A DNA stretch of 64,000 nucleotides from Planctomycetota bacterium. GTDB lineage: Bacteria > Planctomycetota > Planctomycetia > Planctomycetales > Planctomycetaceae. Numbering within the stretch: the stretch's first letter is position 1; each line of letters opens with the position of its first letter. A program made the position numbers and the translations under genes. The notes below the pieces were generated by a model, which saw only the letters and a program-made list of their open reading frames with translations, made no database searches and was not told the origin of the DNA. The stretch covers positions 6,131 to 70,130 of the forward strand of contig JANPCU010000176.1 of the NCBI GenBank assembly GCA_031431195.1, given 5' to 3'. Positions 45,832 through 56,716 of the stretch are shown one piece after another.

Positions 45832-47028
45832 TTACCCCACGGGCGTGGCCCGCTTTGCCTGTGCCAGCATGTGTTCGGGGTTATGGCTCAGATGCTGATA
45901 CACCCTCGCGAGCGTACTGGGGTCGGAATGTCCCATCAGGATCGCCACCGTCAGCCCGTCCAACCCCGACTCCAACGCCCTGGTCGCCCACGCATGTCGC
46001 AAATCATACAGCGAATATCGCAGAGCGAACTTCTTCGCGTGCTGACGACGAGCGATATTTCGCGACTGATCCCGCAGGTACTCGGGAGTCTTGGCCACCA
46101 ACTGTCCGCCGACCTGACGATGCGTCTTCAGCTTGACTCTGATCTGGTCGACCAATTCCTTCGGGACGGGGATTCCCTGGCGTTCGTACTCAGCCTTGCC
46201 AATCCGACTTTGCAACTGACCGAACTTCCGGCAGACCTTGTTGGGCTTCCACGGCACACCATTCGTCTGTCGCATGATCGGGCCGATGGGATTTCGTTCA
46301 CAACAACGCGAGACGATCTCCAACGCCACCTCCGTGAGATAGATGATCCTCGGTTGCCGTTTCCCCTTCGCCTCCGCCTTTGGAAACACGATCCGTTGGC
46401 GAGCCACATCGACATGCCGAGCCTCGATCCGCACCGACTCTTGAGGTCGAGATCCCGTCTCCCACGTCAACACGACCAAATCCCGAAATCCCGCATCAGT
46501 GATCTCGGCGAGCAACCGCAAATAGTCGGCCACTGGAATCGTGACCTCGCGGTATTCACTCGGGGGAAGTGGCAACATCAGCAGCGGGTTCTTCTCGATG
46601 TAGCCTTGATGCAGCGACCACCGCACGCACGCCTTCACCGAGCGAATGCGGTTCCGCCGTGAAGACTTCGACAGATGCGGCGACTCGTCGACCCACTGCT
46701 GCACATGAAAGGGCTTCAACTCTGCCACCGTCAGGGTCGGATGCTTCTTGCAAAAGATCTGCAACTGCTGGCGATACCAGACATACGTCCCAGCCGAACG
46801 GTTGGCCTTCACCCATTCCAAATACGCATCCGCCAACACCGCCACGAGCGGACTACGCACACCCGCTGCTGCCAACCCCAGCGGAGTCCGATGCTGCACC
46901 TGCATCAGTGCGTGGTACTGCTGAAAGGCTGCGTCCTTATCTGGACCCAGACAGTGTTGCTTGCGGTCAATCTCGACATACCACAGCTGCCGAGCCTGCT
47001 TGAAAAACGGTTTCGGAAAGTGAGCCAT
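45832..47028 (-). CDS. int: Tyrosine integrase
   Basis: SLYDLRHAWATRALESGLDGLTVAILMGHSDPSTLARVYQHL. Start ATG 47028 (MAHFPKPFFKQARQLWYVEI); the track maximum is 47100. Confidence 0.9.
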   Translation of the reverse strand: MAHFPKPFFKQARQLWYVEIDRKQHCLGPDKDAAFQQYHALMQVQHRTPLGLAAAGVRSPLVAVLADAYLEWVKANRSAGTYVWYRQQLQIFCKKHPTLTVAELKPFHVQQWVDESPHLSKSSRRNRIRSVKACVRWSLHQGYIEKNPLLMLPLPPSEYREVTIPVADYLRLLAEITDAGFRDLVVLTWETGSRPQESVRIEARHVDVARQRIVFPKAEAKGKRQPRIIYLTEVALEIVSRCCERNPIGPIMRQTNGVPWKPNKVCRKFGQLQSRIGKAEYERQGIPVPKELVDQIRVKLKTHRQVGGQLVAKTPEYLRDQSRNIARRQHAKKFALRYSLYDLRHAWATRALESGLDGLTVAILMGHSDPSTLARVYQHLSHNPEHMLAQAKRATPVG

Positions 47029-47339
47029 TGCGAACCTCAAGTCCAAGGAATCACCCAGAGGCGACCTTCGGTTCGCTTCGCGACTGAGCGGGGGCGGCAA
47101 CCCTCGCTCAATCGTCTTTCACCGCACTTCTCGGACAAGTTTTCGGACACCGACGAATTTCGTCAAGCCCCCTCGTCGTAAGTCCTGACCATGATTCCGC
47201 ATCGGGAACACCCCTCTCTGGGTGCGAAAGGCACAAGAGGTACATAGTGATCAACCTCTCGGCACAAGACCCTCTTTCGGCTGCGCCACCCCGGTCGCCC
47301 AAAGCGGCAACCGGGCCACCCAGCAGCATGGTGTGTATG

Positions 47340-47648
47340 TCATCCGCAGGCAAACATCGTGCGGTCGGGATATTCGCGTGCCTTCCAATGCTTCTTGATG
47401 CGTGCTGCTGCACTCTGAAATCTCTTGCCGTCGTCATCTTCCGGCATCGCCTCAATAAGTGAAACCTCTCCAGTCGCCTTCAAGACTCGCAAGACGCCCC
47501 TGTTCTGCCCGACAAGCATTGACCGGCTGCTGTATCTCGGATCAGGCTCATACACGTCTGAAACAAACGCATACAACGCATCTTCATCCGTCTCGGCAAT
47601 TTTCTCGATGCCGATGCACATCCAATCAACTGTACGATTGTTTCCCAT
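47340..47648 (-). CDS. Small hypothetical protein (102 aa from MGNNRTVDW)
   Basis: ORF 17 nt downstream of the sigma54 activator gene. Confidence 0.5.
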   Translation of the reverse strand: MGNNRTVDWMCIGIEKIAETDEDALYAFVSDVYEPDPRYSSRSMLVGQNRGVLRVLKATGEVSLIEAMPEDDDGKRFQSAAARIKKHWKAREYPDRTMFACG

Positions 47649-47664
47649 GCCAGTTTGATCTGCC

Positions 47665-49764
47665 CTAGGCGTCCTCCGCACCCTCATCTTCTTCGACTCC
47701 GTCCGGCCTGGCGAACCCGTACTTCTTTAGCCGTCGATCCAAGGTCGTGCGTTCAATCCCCAGCATCCGGGCCGCTTGCGACTTGTTCCACCCGCACGAC
47801 CGCAGGACGGCCTCGATGTAGAGCCGTTCGACATCGTCGAGGGTGCGGTTGGCTTGGATCAGGCTGTCCCACAGGCGGTAGCGGGGGTCGAAGGCGGTCT
47901 CGCCGCTGGGGACATCCGGTTCGGATTCCGGTTCGGGGGGGGGAGTGGGCACTGTCGCGGGAGCCACGACCGCGACCGGCGTGACGTGCGGGTGCAGCTC
48001 CAGCTTCGAGAGGACGATGTCCTCCTCGTTGATGAACTCCCGCTCGCACAGGATCACGGCCCGCTCGATCACGTTTCGCAGCTCGCGGACGTTCCCGGGC
48101 CAGGTGTGCTTGCTGAGCTTGTCAATCGCCGACCGGTCGAACCCCCGCACCTTCGAACGCTGGCTGCGGACGAAGCGCTCGACGAAGTGCCGGGCGAGGT
48201 CGGGGATGTCCTCGGGATGTTCGCGCAGCGGAGGGGCGAACAGTTCGATCACCTGCAGCCGGTAGAAGAGGTCGCTGCGATAGAGTTTGTCGCGAACGGC
48301 TTGCTCCAGGTCGCGATTCGTCGCGCACACGACGCGGACATCGACGCGGATCGTCTTGCCGCCGCCGACCCTTTCGAACTCCCTCGTCTCCAACACGCGG
48401 AGGAATTTGGTCTGTACTTCGAGGCTCATCTCCCCGACCTCGTCGAGGAATAGCGTGCCGCCGTGGGCTTGCTCGAACTTGCCCGCCTTCATCCCGGTGG
48501 CCCCGGTGAACGACCCCTTCTCGTGCCCGAACAGTTCGCTCTCCAGCAGCGACTCGGTCAGCGCGGCACAGTTCACGCAGATGATCGGCCCGTCGCGGCG
48601 GGGGCTGTTAAAGTGGACCGCGCGGGCGACCAGTTCCTTGCCGACGCCGCTCTCGCCGCGAATCAACACCGTGGCGTCGGACCGGGCCACGCGACCAATC
48701 GCCTGCTTCAGCTTTTGCACGGCCTGGCTGTTGCCGATCAACTCGGACTCCATGCCGAGCTGGGCCTGGTACTCCTTGCTGCGTTGCTCCGAGATGAGGA
48801 GGTTCTGGGCCAGCTTCTGGCGGTCGCGGGTCTTGCGGACGAGGCCCGCCATGTGGTCGGCCACGGCCAAGGTGTACTCCAAGTGCCGACCATCCAGCGG
48901 GTCGGTGACCGAGGTCGAGTAGAGATGGATCACGCCGATCGGTCGCCCTTCGAGGCGGATCGGCGCACAGACCACGCTCTCTGCCGCCAGGATTTCGAGA
49001 CTCTTGCTCCGAGCCAGCGAGGTGTTCTGCGACACGTCATGGGCCAAGATCGCCTCCAACGACCGAAATACCTGCTCTGACAAATGGGACGAGAACCGCA
49101 GCTCCTTCGGCTGATCCTCGGGGATCCGCATCGCCATCACTTTGAGGAGCTTGGGGTCCGAGACCTCGGCGTCTTCCGGGAGCAGCAAGAGCGCCGCCAT
49201 CGCCGCTGGGATCACTCTCAGCAGCCCATCGAGGGTGATGTCCGCCAGAGCCTCGATGTCATCGGCCACCTGCATTGCCTGCGACAGCTTGAACAGGTCG
49301 GCGGCCCCCAACGGGTTGACTCGTGTGTGCGAGATGCTCTCGGAGTTGTTGTATTGCGTCACCGATTTACGTTCGATGATGGCAAAGCCGTCTTGGTCAT
49401 CCGTCGAGGTCGCGAGTGAATTCCCCAGCCCGTCGACGGGTGTTTGTTCTGGATGAAAGGCCGTCATCTGGATCGTGAAGTCGCCGACCGAAATCGTCTG
49501 CCCGATCTGGACGACGGTATCGCCATCGATCTTCGCGCCTTCGACAAACACTCCATTCCGGCTTTGGTTGTCGCGGACATACCATGTCCCGTTGCCGCAG
49601 AAGACCTCGCAATGGACGCGGCTGCATTTGCGATCCGGGACGACGAGAGTGTTGCCGGGGGTGCGTCCAATCGTCACCCGTTGACCAGGCCGGATCTCCA
49701 CCACCTGGAGCCGGGCCGCGCCGCGCTGGAGGATCAGGTAGCGAGTGTCGGAGGCCATTTGCAT
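47665..49764 (-). CDS. Sigma54-dependent transcriptional activator with FHA and GAF domains and a Fis-type HTH
   Basis: FHA: [26 protein letters not shown]...[17 protein letters not shown] core: [46 protein letters not shown]: [26 protein letters not shown]. Confidence 0.9.
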   Translation of the reverse strand: MQMASDTRYLILQRGAARLQVVEIRPGQRVTIGRTPGNTLVVPDRKCSRVHCEVFCGNGTWYVRDNQSRNGVFVEGAKIDGDTVVQIGQTISVGDFTIQMTAFHPEQTPVDGLGNSLATSTDDQDGFAIIERKSVTQYNNSESISHTRVNPLGAADLFKLSQAMQVADDIEALADITLDGLLRVIPAAMAALLLLPEDAEVSDPKLLKVMAMRIPEDQPKELRFSSHLSEQVFRSLEAILAHDVSQNTSLARSKSLEILAAESVVCAPIRLEGRPIGVIHLYSTSVTDPLDGRHLEYTLAVADHMAGLVRKTRDRQKLAQNLLISEQRSKEYQAQLGMESELIGNSQAVQKLKQAIGRVARSDATVLIRGESGVGKELVARAVHFNSPRRDGPIICVNCAALTESLLESELFGHEKGSFTGATGMKAGKFEQAHGGTLFLDEVGEMSLEVQTKFLRVLETREFERVGGGKTIRVDVRVVCATNRDLEQAVRDKLYRSDLFYRLQVIELFAPPLREHPEDIPDLARHFVERFVRSQRSKVRGFDRSAIDKLSKHTWPGNVRELRNVIERAVILCEREFINEEDIVLSKLELHPHVTPVAVVAPATVPTPPPEPESEPDVPSGETAFDPRYRLWDSLIQANRTLDDVERLYIEAVLRSCGWNKSQAARMLGIERTTLDRRLKKYGFARPDGVEEDEGAEDA

Positions 49765-49804
49765 GCGTTGCTCGCGGGGGAGGATCGTTAAGGGTTGAGG
49801 GTTG

Positions 49805-49836
49805 AGAAAAGCCCACAGGTTGCAACCGGTGGGCTT
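49805..49836 (-). terminator. Rho-independent terminator after the UDG gene
   Basis: On the minus strand: AGCCCAC-CGGTTGCAACCT-GTGGGCT, followed by TTTTCT (stem arms at 49810-49816 and 49829-49835). Confidence 0.55.
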
Positions 49837-49845
49837 GATTGTGGA

Positions 49846-50754
49846 CTAAGCCGGCGGCGTGTGTCCCATGTCGGCCATGAGCACCTTCATGTCTTCCCAC
49901 ACCGGCTTCTTGGCCTCGGGGTTTCGCAACAGATACGACGGGTGATAGGTACACAGCACCTTGGCCCGGCCATGCGTGTAGAACCTCCCGCGCAGCTTGC
50001 CGATCGTCTCTTCACTAGCCAGTAGATTCTGAGCGGCGGTCGAACCCCAGCAGACGATGTACTCGGGATCGACAATCGCGATTTGCCCGTTGAGGTACTC
50101 GCGGCAATTGTTCGCTTCTTCGGGAGCGGGGGCTCGGTTCCCCGGAGGACGACACCGCAGGATGTTGCAGATGTACAACTCCTCGCGGGTCCAGCCGCAC
50201 GCGATGATGATCTTCGTGAGCAGTTGCCCCGCACGACCGACGAACGGTTCGCCCTGCTCGTCCTCGTCAGCCCCGGGAGCTTCGCCGATGAACATGACGC
50301 GGGCCTTGGGATTGCCGACACCGAAGACCGTCTGCTGACGCGTGGTCGACAATTCCTGGCAGCGCGTGCATTGGGCGACACGCGCGGCCAGAGCGGCCAA
50401 CCGGGTCTCGCGGCTCCCCTTTTGGGCGATCTCGGGTGCCAAGGCGATGACCGGAAGTTCAGGAAGTGGTGCGGCCTGGGGAGCATTGGACTTGCGAGCC
50501 ATATCGGTCTGGTCATCCTCATTCGGAGTCGGGGGATTCACGGAGGTGGGAACGGAAGCTGAGTGGGACTCGACGAGAACGGCCGCAGGAATCTGCTGCA
50601 CCAGCATCGCTTCGACCGCAGCCACCCTCTGCAAATGACTCAACCCCGCTGAGTTCCAGCTGCGAAGAATCTGGTGAAGTACACGCCCCGTCGACATGCG
50701 ACCCGCCCCGTTGCGATCTGAATGTCCTTCGAGTGGAGGACGCGATTGTTGCAT
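49846..50754 (-). CDS. Family 4 uracil-DNA glycosylase with an N-terminal extension
   Basis: [41 protein letters not shown]. The start is uncertain (50754 or 50697). Confidence 0.85.
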   Translation of the reverse strand: MQQSRPPLEGHSDRNGAGRMSTGRVLHQILRSWNSAGLSHLQRVAAVEAMLVQQIPAAVLVESHSASVPTSVNPPTPNEDDQTDMARKSNAPQAAPLPELPVIALAPEIAQKGSRETRLAALAARVAQCTRCQELSTTRQQTVFGVGNPKARVMFIGEAPGADEDEQGEPFVGRAGQLLTKIIIACGWTREELYICNILRCRPPGNRAPAPEEANNCREYLNGQIAIVDPEYIVCWGSTAAQNLLASEETIGKLRGRFYTHGRAKVLCTYHPSYLLRNPEAKKPVWEDMKVLMADMGHTPPA

Positions 50755-50911
50755 GGTAGCGAGAAACCGCTGGCCGGTCGCTCGTCACGGCGGTGGATGC
50801 ACACACGACTCCCTGTGTGTGCATCAGGATCGTCGACAGCTCCCCTCTCCCCACCTGCGTCGTAACATTTGGCGAGGACACGACTGTAAGGAGTGTTCAC
50901 GGAGGTAGGCG

Positions 50912-51680
50912 ATGGCGCGGTATGGATTGTCGGACGAGCCGTGGGCGGTGTGGCCACAGGTGTTGCCGCCGGAGGCCTCGACGGGGCGACCGCCGCATGA
51001 TCGGCGGCGGATCATCGAGGGCATTTTGTTCGTCCTCAAGACCGGGTGTCCGAGGCGGGATGTGCCCGTCGAGTTCGGCAACTGGTCGACGGTCTACGAG
51101 CGGTTTCGGCTCTGGTCACATGCGGGTCTGTGGGAGCAAATTCTGGCGGCGCTACAGGCCCGCCAGCACGCCTCGGGCGAGATTCTACTTCGCGCAGGTC
51201 AGATCGAGGCGTACGACGGACGTCCTCGTCTGCCTACTCCCCGAGTTTTTCACACGGACGGACAAGGATGTCCGTCCTACGAAATGCCTCATTTCTCTCC
51301 GCGCGAAGTCTGACTGGGATCTGTTTTGCATTGATGGCACCGTGATCGGCGCTCATAAAGCCGCAGCTGGGGCCTCGAAAAAAAGTGACCGATGAGCCCG
51401 CTGACCAGGCGTTGGGACGGTCGCCAAGGCGGCTTTGGCACCAAGCTGCAAGTGTTGTGCGACGCGAGCGGCTGGCTGTTGACGGTGGCTCTGACACCGG
51501 GTCAAACGCACGAGACGCAAGCCCCGGAATTCACCACGGGGGCACGGGGGCACGGAGAAGACCGGCACCGGACAAGACGCGGTCCCGTTCCGAGGGCCAG
51601 GGACACACTTCTGAAGGATCGCGGATCGCTTGCGGTCGCTCAATCGACTGATGTGAATATCGTCTCGGAGCGATTCTGAA
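50912..51680 (+). pseudogene. Decayed IS5-family transposase (DUF4096-type N-terminus plus a DDE fragment), frameshifted, interrupted and truncated
   Basis: MARYGLSDEPWAVWPQVLPP...RRIIEGILFVLKTGCPRRDVP...WSTVYERFRLWSHAGLWEQIL, then after an insertion DWDLFCIDGTVIGAHKAAAGA. The remainder (GRQGGFGTKLQVLCDASGWLLTVALTPGQTHE) is in other frames. Confidence 0.7.
51185..51311. mobile_element. MITE family 1, copy 1 (inserted in the IS5 transposase reading frame)
   Basis: Terminal inverted repeats ACTTCGCGC (51187-51195) and GCGCGAAGT (51301-51309). Internal long hairpin CGTACGACGGACGTCCTCGTC / GACAAGGATGTCCGTCCTACG. It splits ...ASGEI | DWDLFCIDG.... Confidence 0.6.
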
Positions 51681-51714
51681 CACCCCCCGCTCTTCTCCGT
51701 GCCTCCCTGGTGAA
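51526..51714. repeat. MITE/REP-like family 2, copy A
   Basis: Left end GGAATTCACCACGGGGGCACGGGGGCACGGAGAAGA. Right end CTCTTCTCCGTGCCTCCCTGGTGAA (its reverse complement). Confidence 0.5.
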
Positions 51715-51881
51715 ACTCTGCCGCTGCCGACTTCTCTGATGCACACACGCCGGAACGGGAGACATTCGCCCCTGGGCAGTCCCCCTGCTGTTCTGCGGCA
51801 CACCCCCCGAGACGCACAACTTCCCGCTACTCTTGCTCCTCGTTTCCGCATCCCTCATGCTGCCTGCAGGAGACACCCCCC

Positions 51882-53312
51882 ATGAACGAGCCACTGTCGC
51901 AGATCCCGCCTCTCGGCGGACTCTGTACTTACGAAGAGGCCAGCCGGACCGCATTGTCCGTCGAGGACTGTGTCGAGTGGCTCAAGCGGTTGCATTATGT
52001 CTGGAAGCGACTGCACCAGATTTTCACCTCGCACATCACCGCAGAGCCGATCTACGAGTTGAAGACGGCGTTCAGTCTGCATGCTCATCTCTGTGCCGAA
52101 CATGCGCAAGCGATCCGGACTCGTGTCTCCGAGATGCGCGAACCACCGTTGGGGTTGGAAGTGGTCCCGCACCCCGCACTCGCGCTGGCGTGCGATGAGG
52201 TTCTTTGTGCCCCGACGACTCGCCAACGATGTCTGGGACTCTATGGGGTCTTACTACCAGCGCTGAATGAATCGATTCACGGCTATCTGGAGACGACAAA
52301 CCACTTGGCTGATGCCCCGAGTGTCCGCATACTGCGGTTCGCCCGGTTGGAACTGGGGGACATGCTGGCCTTCGGGGAACAGGCCCTCCAGGCATGGGAA
52401 GCGGCCCCGGTTGAAGCGAGCGAATGGCCAGAGAGTACGGCTGTCTATTACCAAGGAATGTGGCAATCGCTCGCCAGTGCCGGCAGCCTGAGCGGTCGCG
52501 AGGCGATCACCATATCGCCTCCCGCTCCTGTCTACTCCGCAACGCCGCTCCAGTACGACCGCGTTCCGCGCCGCGACACCCGGTTTCAGGACTCCTTCAA
52601 CGCCGGAGTGAACCCCGAGGCGTTCCTCTACGACCCCGAGTTCTCCCCGCGCGACAAGACGCTGATGATGTTCTACAAACGCCTCCGCGAGATCGATGTG
52701 CCGGAAATGATGGCCAGCATTCTGGTCGAAATGCCTCACAAGCCGTGGGGCTTCCAACGCGATATGACCCGCCAGCTGTGGGACGAGGCCCGGCATGCCA
52801 TGCTCGGTGAAGTCGGCTTTCGCCAAGCCGGGATCGACTGGACCCGCATCCCGATCAGCTTCCTCTGGTCATACAACCTCAACACCCAGCTGACCGCACA
52901 AGAGCGGCACGCGGTGCTGTTTTTCATTGAGCAGGGGCTGATGCCGAAGTCCGGGAAGCGTTACGAGTGGGAGGTCGCCAAAGCCTCGGGGAATCCGCTG
53001 GCCGCACTGTTCCAAGACTTCGACTGGGCCGATGAGGTACTGCATGCGCAGATTGGTCGCGAGTGGTACGTGAAGGGTTTCGGCGATCTGCACGGGGCGT
53101 TGGCTTATGGCGATCAGTGCTGGTCCAAGGTCATGTCGCACTGGCGGGAGTATCTCGATCAGGGCCTCACAGAACACCACAACTGGTGGCCCGAGATCTA
53201 TCGACAGGCCTGCCGCAACTGGGGTGTCGAGCCTGACCCGCGGGCACTGTCGTTCCAGGAGACGTATGAGACGATTCGGGCCGATCTGAAAGAGATCACG
53301 GGTCCCGCGTGA
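51882..53312 (+). CDS. Ferritin-like (DUF455-like di-iron type) protein
   Basis: 476 aa. DEARHAMLGEVGF and WADEVLHAQIGREW (ExxH pairs). Confidence 0.6.
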   Translation: MNEPLSQIPPLGGLCTYEEASRTALSVEDCVEWLKRLHYVWKRLHQIFTSHITAEPIYELKTAFSLHAHLCAEHAQAIRTRVSEMREPPLGLEVVPHPALALACDEVLCAPTTRQRCLGLYGVLLPALNESIHGYLETTNHLADAPSVRILRFARLELGDMLAFGEQALQAWEAAPVEASEWPESTAVYYQGMWQSLASAGSLSGREAITISPPAPVYSATPLQYDRVPRRDTRFQDSFNAGVNPEAFLYDPEFSPRDKTLMMFYKRLREIDVPEMMASILVEMPHKPWGFQRDMTRQLWDEARHAMLGEVGFRQAGIDWTRIPISFLWSYNLNTQLTAQERHAVLFFIEQGLMPKSGKRYEWEVAKASGNPLAALFQDFDWADEVLHAQIGREWYVKGFGDLHGALAYGDQCWSKVMSHWREYLDQGLTEHHNWWPEIYRQACRNWGVEPDPRALSFQETYETIRADLKEITGPA

Positions 53313-53830
53313 GGTCCGCGTCTGACCACTGAGGACATGCTCTCGCTGGACAGCGCCCGGTTCTGTGTCTTGTGTTCGCGTAAAACTTAGCCTCTTCAGC
53401 AGAATCCGTGGTCGCTCTCCCCACAGGCGGCGCGACTTTCGGGGAGGGCTGGGGTGGACTGATGAAACGTACCGATGTTGGGCAGCCTGGGGCTTCTCGG
53501 CGAATGCGGTTTTGTGAGGCAGCGCTGCCCTCTTGCCGCCTCAAATCGGGGCTGGACCGGACATCAAATCTGTGTACAGACACACCGATCCAGAACAGCC
53601 TGAGCAGAGGGGATTTGTACACAAAGGGTACAGATTTTCACAGATTTCAGAGCTTTGGCTGTGACGACTCAGGGGGCATGGAATGGGTCGAGAGTGCTGG
53701 GTCCGCTTCAAGAAGGGCACGGAGAACGCTCAATATCGTGGCCTGGAATCTCGATCAATTCACGAATCCTTCGGCGGGCACAACTCCGTTTCATCAGTCC
53801 AGGGCCGGGCGGTGGGCCGAGGTGAGAAGC

Positions 53831-53959
53831 GATACTTCACGCGGGACGGATTGAAACGTACGACGGATGTCCTCGTCCGTCGCTCATCGAGGCTTTCCAC
53901 ACGGACGGACGAGGACGTCTGACCTACGAAATGTCTCAGTTCTCACCGCGCCAAGTATC
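53831..53959. mobile_element. MITE family 1, copy 2
   Basis: GATACTTCACGCGG...CGTACGACGGATGTCCTCGTCCGTC...CACACGGACGGACGAGGACGTCTGACCTACGAAATG...CCGCGCCAAGTATC. Collinear with copy 1. Confidence 0.6.
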
Positions 53960-54216
53960 GGCAACAACCCTCACGCCGCCCGCTTCCCCGCTATGACAAT
54001 GTCGCTGCACTTCTCTCCGCTCAACGGGATGAAAACGCAGAACCTGGTTGCCGCCCGACTTCCCTGAAGATCGTCCGGCTCTCCGGCCCGGCCCGGGAAT
54101 CCCGTTCGCCCTCCTTGCATCTTGCAGAGGATCGTCTTCCGTGTTCCAATGGAGGGAGCACAAACCCCAGTTGATCGAATCTGGCTCGACCTGCTGTCCC
54201 CCTGGTGAGTTGTTTC

Positions 54217-55608
54217 ATGGCCCGTCCTGCCACTCGTCGTGACTTCCTTCGCCGGTTTGGGCTGAGCGCAGCTGCGTTTCCGTTTCTCTGCAACCTCCCG
54301 AGTTTGGGTTTTGCGAATTCGGGGGGACGCAAGAAGCGGCTGGTCATTATGTTCAGCCCCAACGGCGTCGTGCCGTCGGCGTTCTGGCCGGAAGTCGACA
54401 AAGAAAAGGACATCGTTAAGGAGTTCCTGACCAGTGTGGGGCAACGCATCGCGGGACCGATGGGGTCCGAGATGCCGCTGACCGGATTTAAGGAAATCCT
54501 GTCCCCGCTTGAGCCGTATCGCGATCGCACCCTCACGCTGCACGGCGTTTGCGACAAAATCCGCGGCGACGGCGATAACCATATGCGCGGGATTGGCTGC
54601 CTGCTGACTGGGATCGAGCTGTTCCCCGGCAATATTCAGGGCGGCTCGGACACTCCGGCGGGCTGGTCGAGCGGGATGTCGATCGACCAGGAGTTGAAGA
54701 CCTACTTGCAAGCTGAGGCAGAGACCCACACGCGGTTCGGCTCGTTGGAATTCGGAGTCGTGGTCCCCGACCGGGCCGACACCTGGACCCGCATGGTTTA
54801 TGCCGGACCGAACAAGCCGATCACTCCGGTTGATGACCCGTACCAGATGCTCACCAAGCTGTACGGCAACGTGGCCGACCGCGAAACGCTGAAGAGTGTG
54901 CTGGATGATCTGAAGACCGATCTCGACAAGTTGAAGTCCGTGGTCGGCAGCGAGGACCGCCATCTGCTGGAAGAGCAGGCGACCTTCGTCCGCGAGATGG
55001 AGAAGGATCTCGCCGCCTCACAAGCGGCCACCCTCGGCCACGCGATCCCCCAACTCGAACCCGGCATTCGCGAGTCAAACGATAACCTGCCCAAGATCAG
55101 CCAGATGCAGATCGACCTGCTTGTCCACAGCTTGGCTGCCGACTTCACCCGCGTCGCGACCTTGCAGTTCACGAACTCCGTCGGGCAGGCAAAGATGACT
55201 TGGCTGGGCATCGACGAGAACCACCACACCCTCTCGCACGAAGACGACAGCAACGCCGACGCCCAGGCCAAACTCACCAAGATCAACAAGTGGTACTGTG
55301 AGCAGCTCGCCTACCTGACGAAGAAGCTGGCGGAGACACCGGAGCCGGGCGGGATGGGGAGCCTGCTCGATAATACGCAGATCGTATGGACGAACGAGCT
55401 GGGCAAGGGGAACTCGCACACGCTTGATAACATCCCGTTCGTGCTGGTCGGTGGCGGCTTCGACTACAAGGGCGGCCGCGCACTCGAATTCGGCGGCGTC
55501 CCGCACAACCGCCTGCTGCTGTCGTTTGCCCATGGAATGGGCCACATGCTCGACCGCTTCGGCAACCCCGACTACTGCGGAGACGGTCCCCTGAGCGGAC
55601 TGGTGTAG
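54217..55608 (+). CDS. DUF1552-family protein with a twin-arginine signal
   Basis: [78 protein letters not shown]. Confidence 0.8.
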   Translation: MARPATRRDFLRRFGLSAAAFPFLCNLPSLGFANSGGRKKRLVIMFSPNGVVPSAFWPEVDKEKDIVKEFLTSVGQRIAGPMGSEMPLTGFKEILSPLEPYRDRTLTLHGVCDKIRGDGDNHMRGIGCLLTGIELFPGNIQGGSDTPAGWSSGMSIDQELKTYLQAEAETHTRFGSLEFGVVVPDRADTWTRMVYAGPNKPITPVDDPYQMLTKLYGNVADRETLKSVLDDLKTDLDKLKSVVGSEDRHLLEEQATFVREMEKDLAASQAATLGHAIPQLEPGIRESNDNLPKISQMQIDLLVHSLAADFTRVATLQFTNSVGQAKMTWLGIDENHHTLSHEDDSNADAQAKLTKINKWYCEQLAYLTKKLAETPEPGGMGSLLDNTQIVWTNELGKGNSHTLDNIPFVLVGGGFDYKGGRALEFGGVPHNRLLLSFAHGMGHMLDRFGNPDYCGDGPLSGLV

Positions 55609-55842
55609 CTCAGCCAGTGAATCGCCGTGGTTGCCAGGAAGGGTTTCCACGTAGGGTGGGACCAGCCGCTCTGGGCGCAGGCCCACCATTGCCTGCCAAT
55701 CAACGTCGCACATGGTGTACCAGCGGCACCAGAGGTGTTCAGACGGGCAGTTCTCGCAGCCAGAACCTCCGGTGACCAAGCCACCCGGTAGATTCCTGAG
55801 CGAATCAACCGGAGTTACTCCTTTTTTTGATTTCCCACGACC

Positions 55843-56565
55843 TCAATAATCCCCCAACATCAATGGAAATGTTTCTTTGAATAAGGATGGATCCAATTCG
55901 ATCAGTAGCCCGTTGGACGGGTGCATTTTGACAATGGAAATGGCATATGAGGTAATTTTGAACAGCGGCCCATCGCTACGCCATTCGGTGACATGGATGT
56001 CATGTCCCCAACCATCGTTGAAGCAGGTCAGCGGGTTTTGACCTCGACTAAGTTCTTGAACTGCCGACTTGAGACGGCTGGAGTAGGACGGAAGTGGCTG
56101 CATCGGGTGAAGAATGATGTCGTTGCCTCGCACTTCCCATTTTCCGATAACGTCGAAACACATCGGCCCCGATGTACCACCGCCGAAAAGACCGCACCCC
56201 TGGAAGTACTCGATCTTTCGGGCATGAAACGTTCGATCGGAATGAAAATGATATTCGAGGCGAGGTACTCCGCAGGGAATCCCGGGTAGTTCTTCGTCCC
56301 AGCGATCAATCTCATCAACGCTGCCTACCGCCCATGTCCCGACTAGCAGTTGCTCGTGGGCACTCAGAGGGCGGATTTTGTCCCACAACATCCACGCAAA
56401 CGGCAACAGTGAGACGGCGAAACAGCCAGTCACTAACCAACCGATCATTCGACCGAATCGTCGCGGCGGTTGGGGTGGAGTCTTTGATGCTTTCGCAGCG
56501 AGCAACTCAGCCCCTGCCACGACGGTCCCGGTCCGATCCGCAGTTGATATCAAATCCACAGACAT
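55843..56565 (-). CDS. Hypothetical membrane-anchored protein (240 aa)
   Basis: TM helix IGWLVTGCFAVSLLPFAWML. AT-richer than its neighbours. Confidence 0.6.
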   Translation of the reverse strand: MSVDLISTADRTGTVVAGAELLAAKASKTPPQPPRRFGRMIGWLVTGCFAVSLLPFAWMLWDKIRPLSAHEQLLVGTWAVGSVDEIDRWDEELPGIPCGVPRLEYHFHSDRTFHARKIEYFQGCGLFGGGTSGPMCFDVIGKWEVRGNDIILHPMQPLPSYSSRLKSAVQELSRGQNPLTCFNDGWGHDIHVTEWRSDGPLFKITSYAISIVKMHPSNGLLIELDPSLFKETFPLMLGDY

Positions 56566-56716
56566 GTCGGCACTTCCTGTGGTTGCTGACGTGGGAGAGA
56601 TGATGCTACTGGATGATATCAGCGGAGTGAAAGACCACTTGTTATAGTGATCCCCAGGTTCACGCGGGGATCGCGGGCAGCAATCGAGGAAGTGAGTCGG
56701 AGTTCGAGCCCCAAGA

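Larger units (their letters stand above)
11457..47240. mobile_element. Integrated plasmid-like mobilizable element (IME/ICE-like), about 36 kb; ends approximate
   Basis: Contiguous block of oriV-repA, parA, MTases, TA pairs, relaxase, parB, T4CP, xis and int, bracketed by housekeeping-type genes. The att repeats are not resolved. Confidence 0.6.

Noticed and set aside
53408-53854. 148-aa ORF in the 890-bp gap between the ferritin-like and DUF1552 genes
   Set aside because: Composition is not protein-like, and the ORF runs into the MITE copy. The gap is treated as non-coding.
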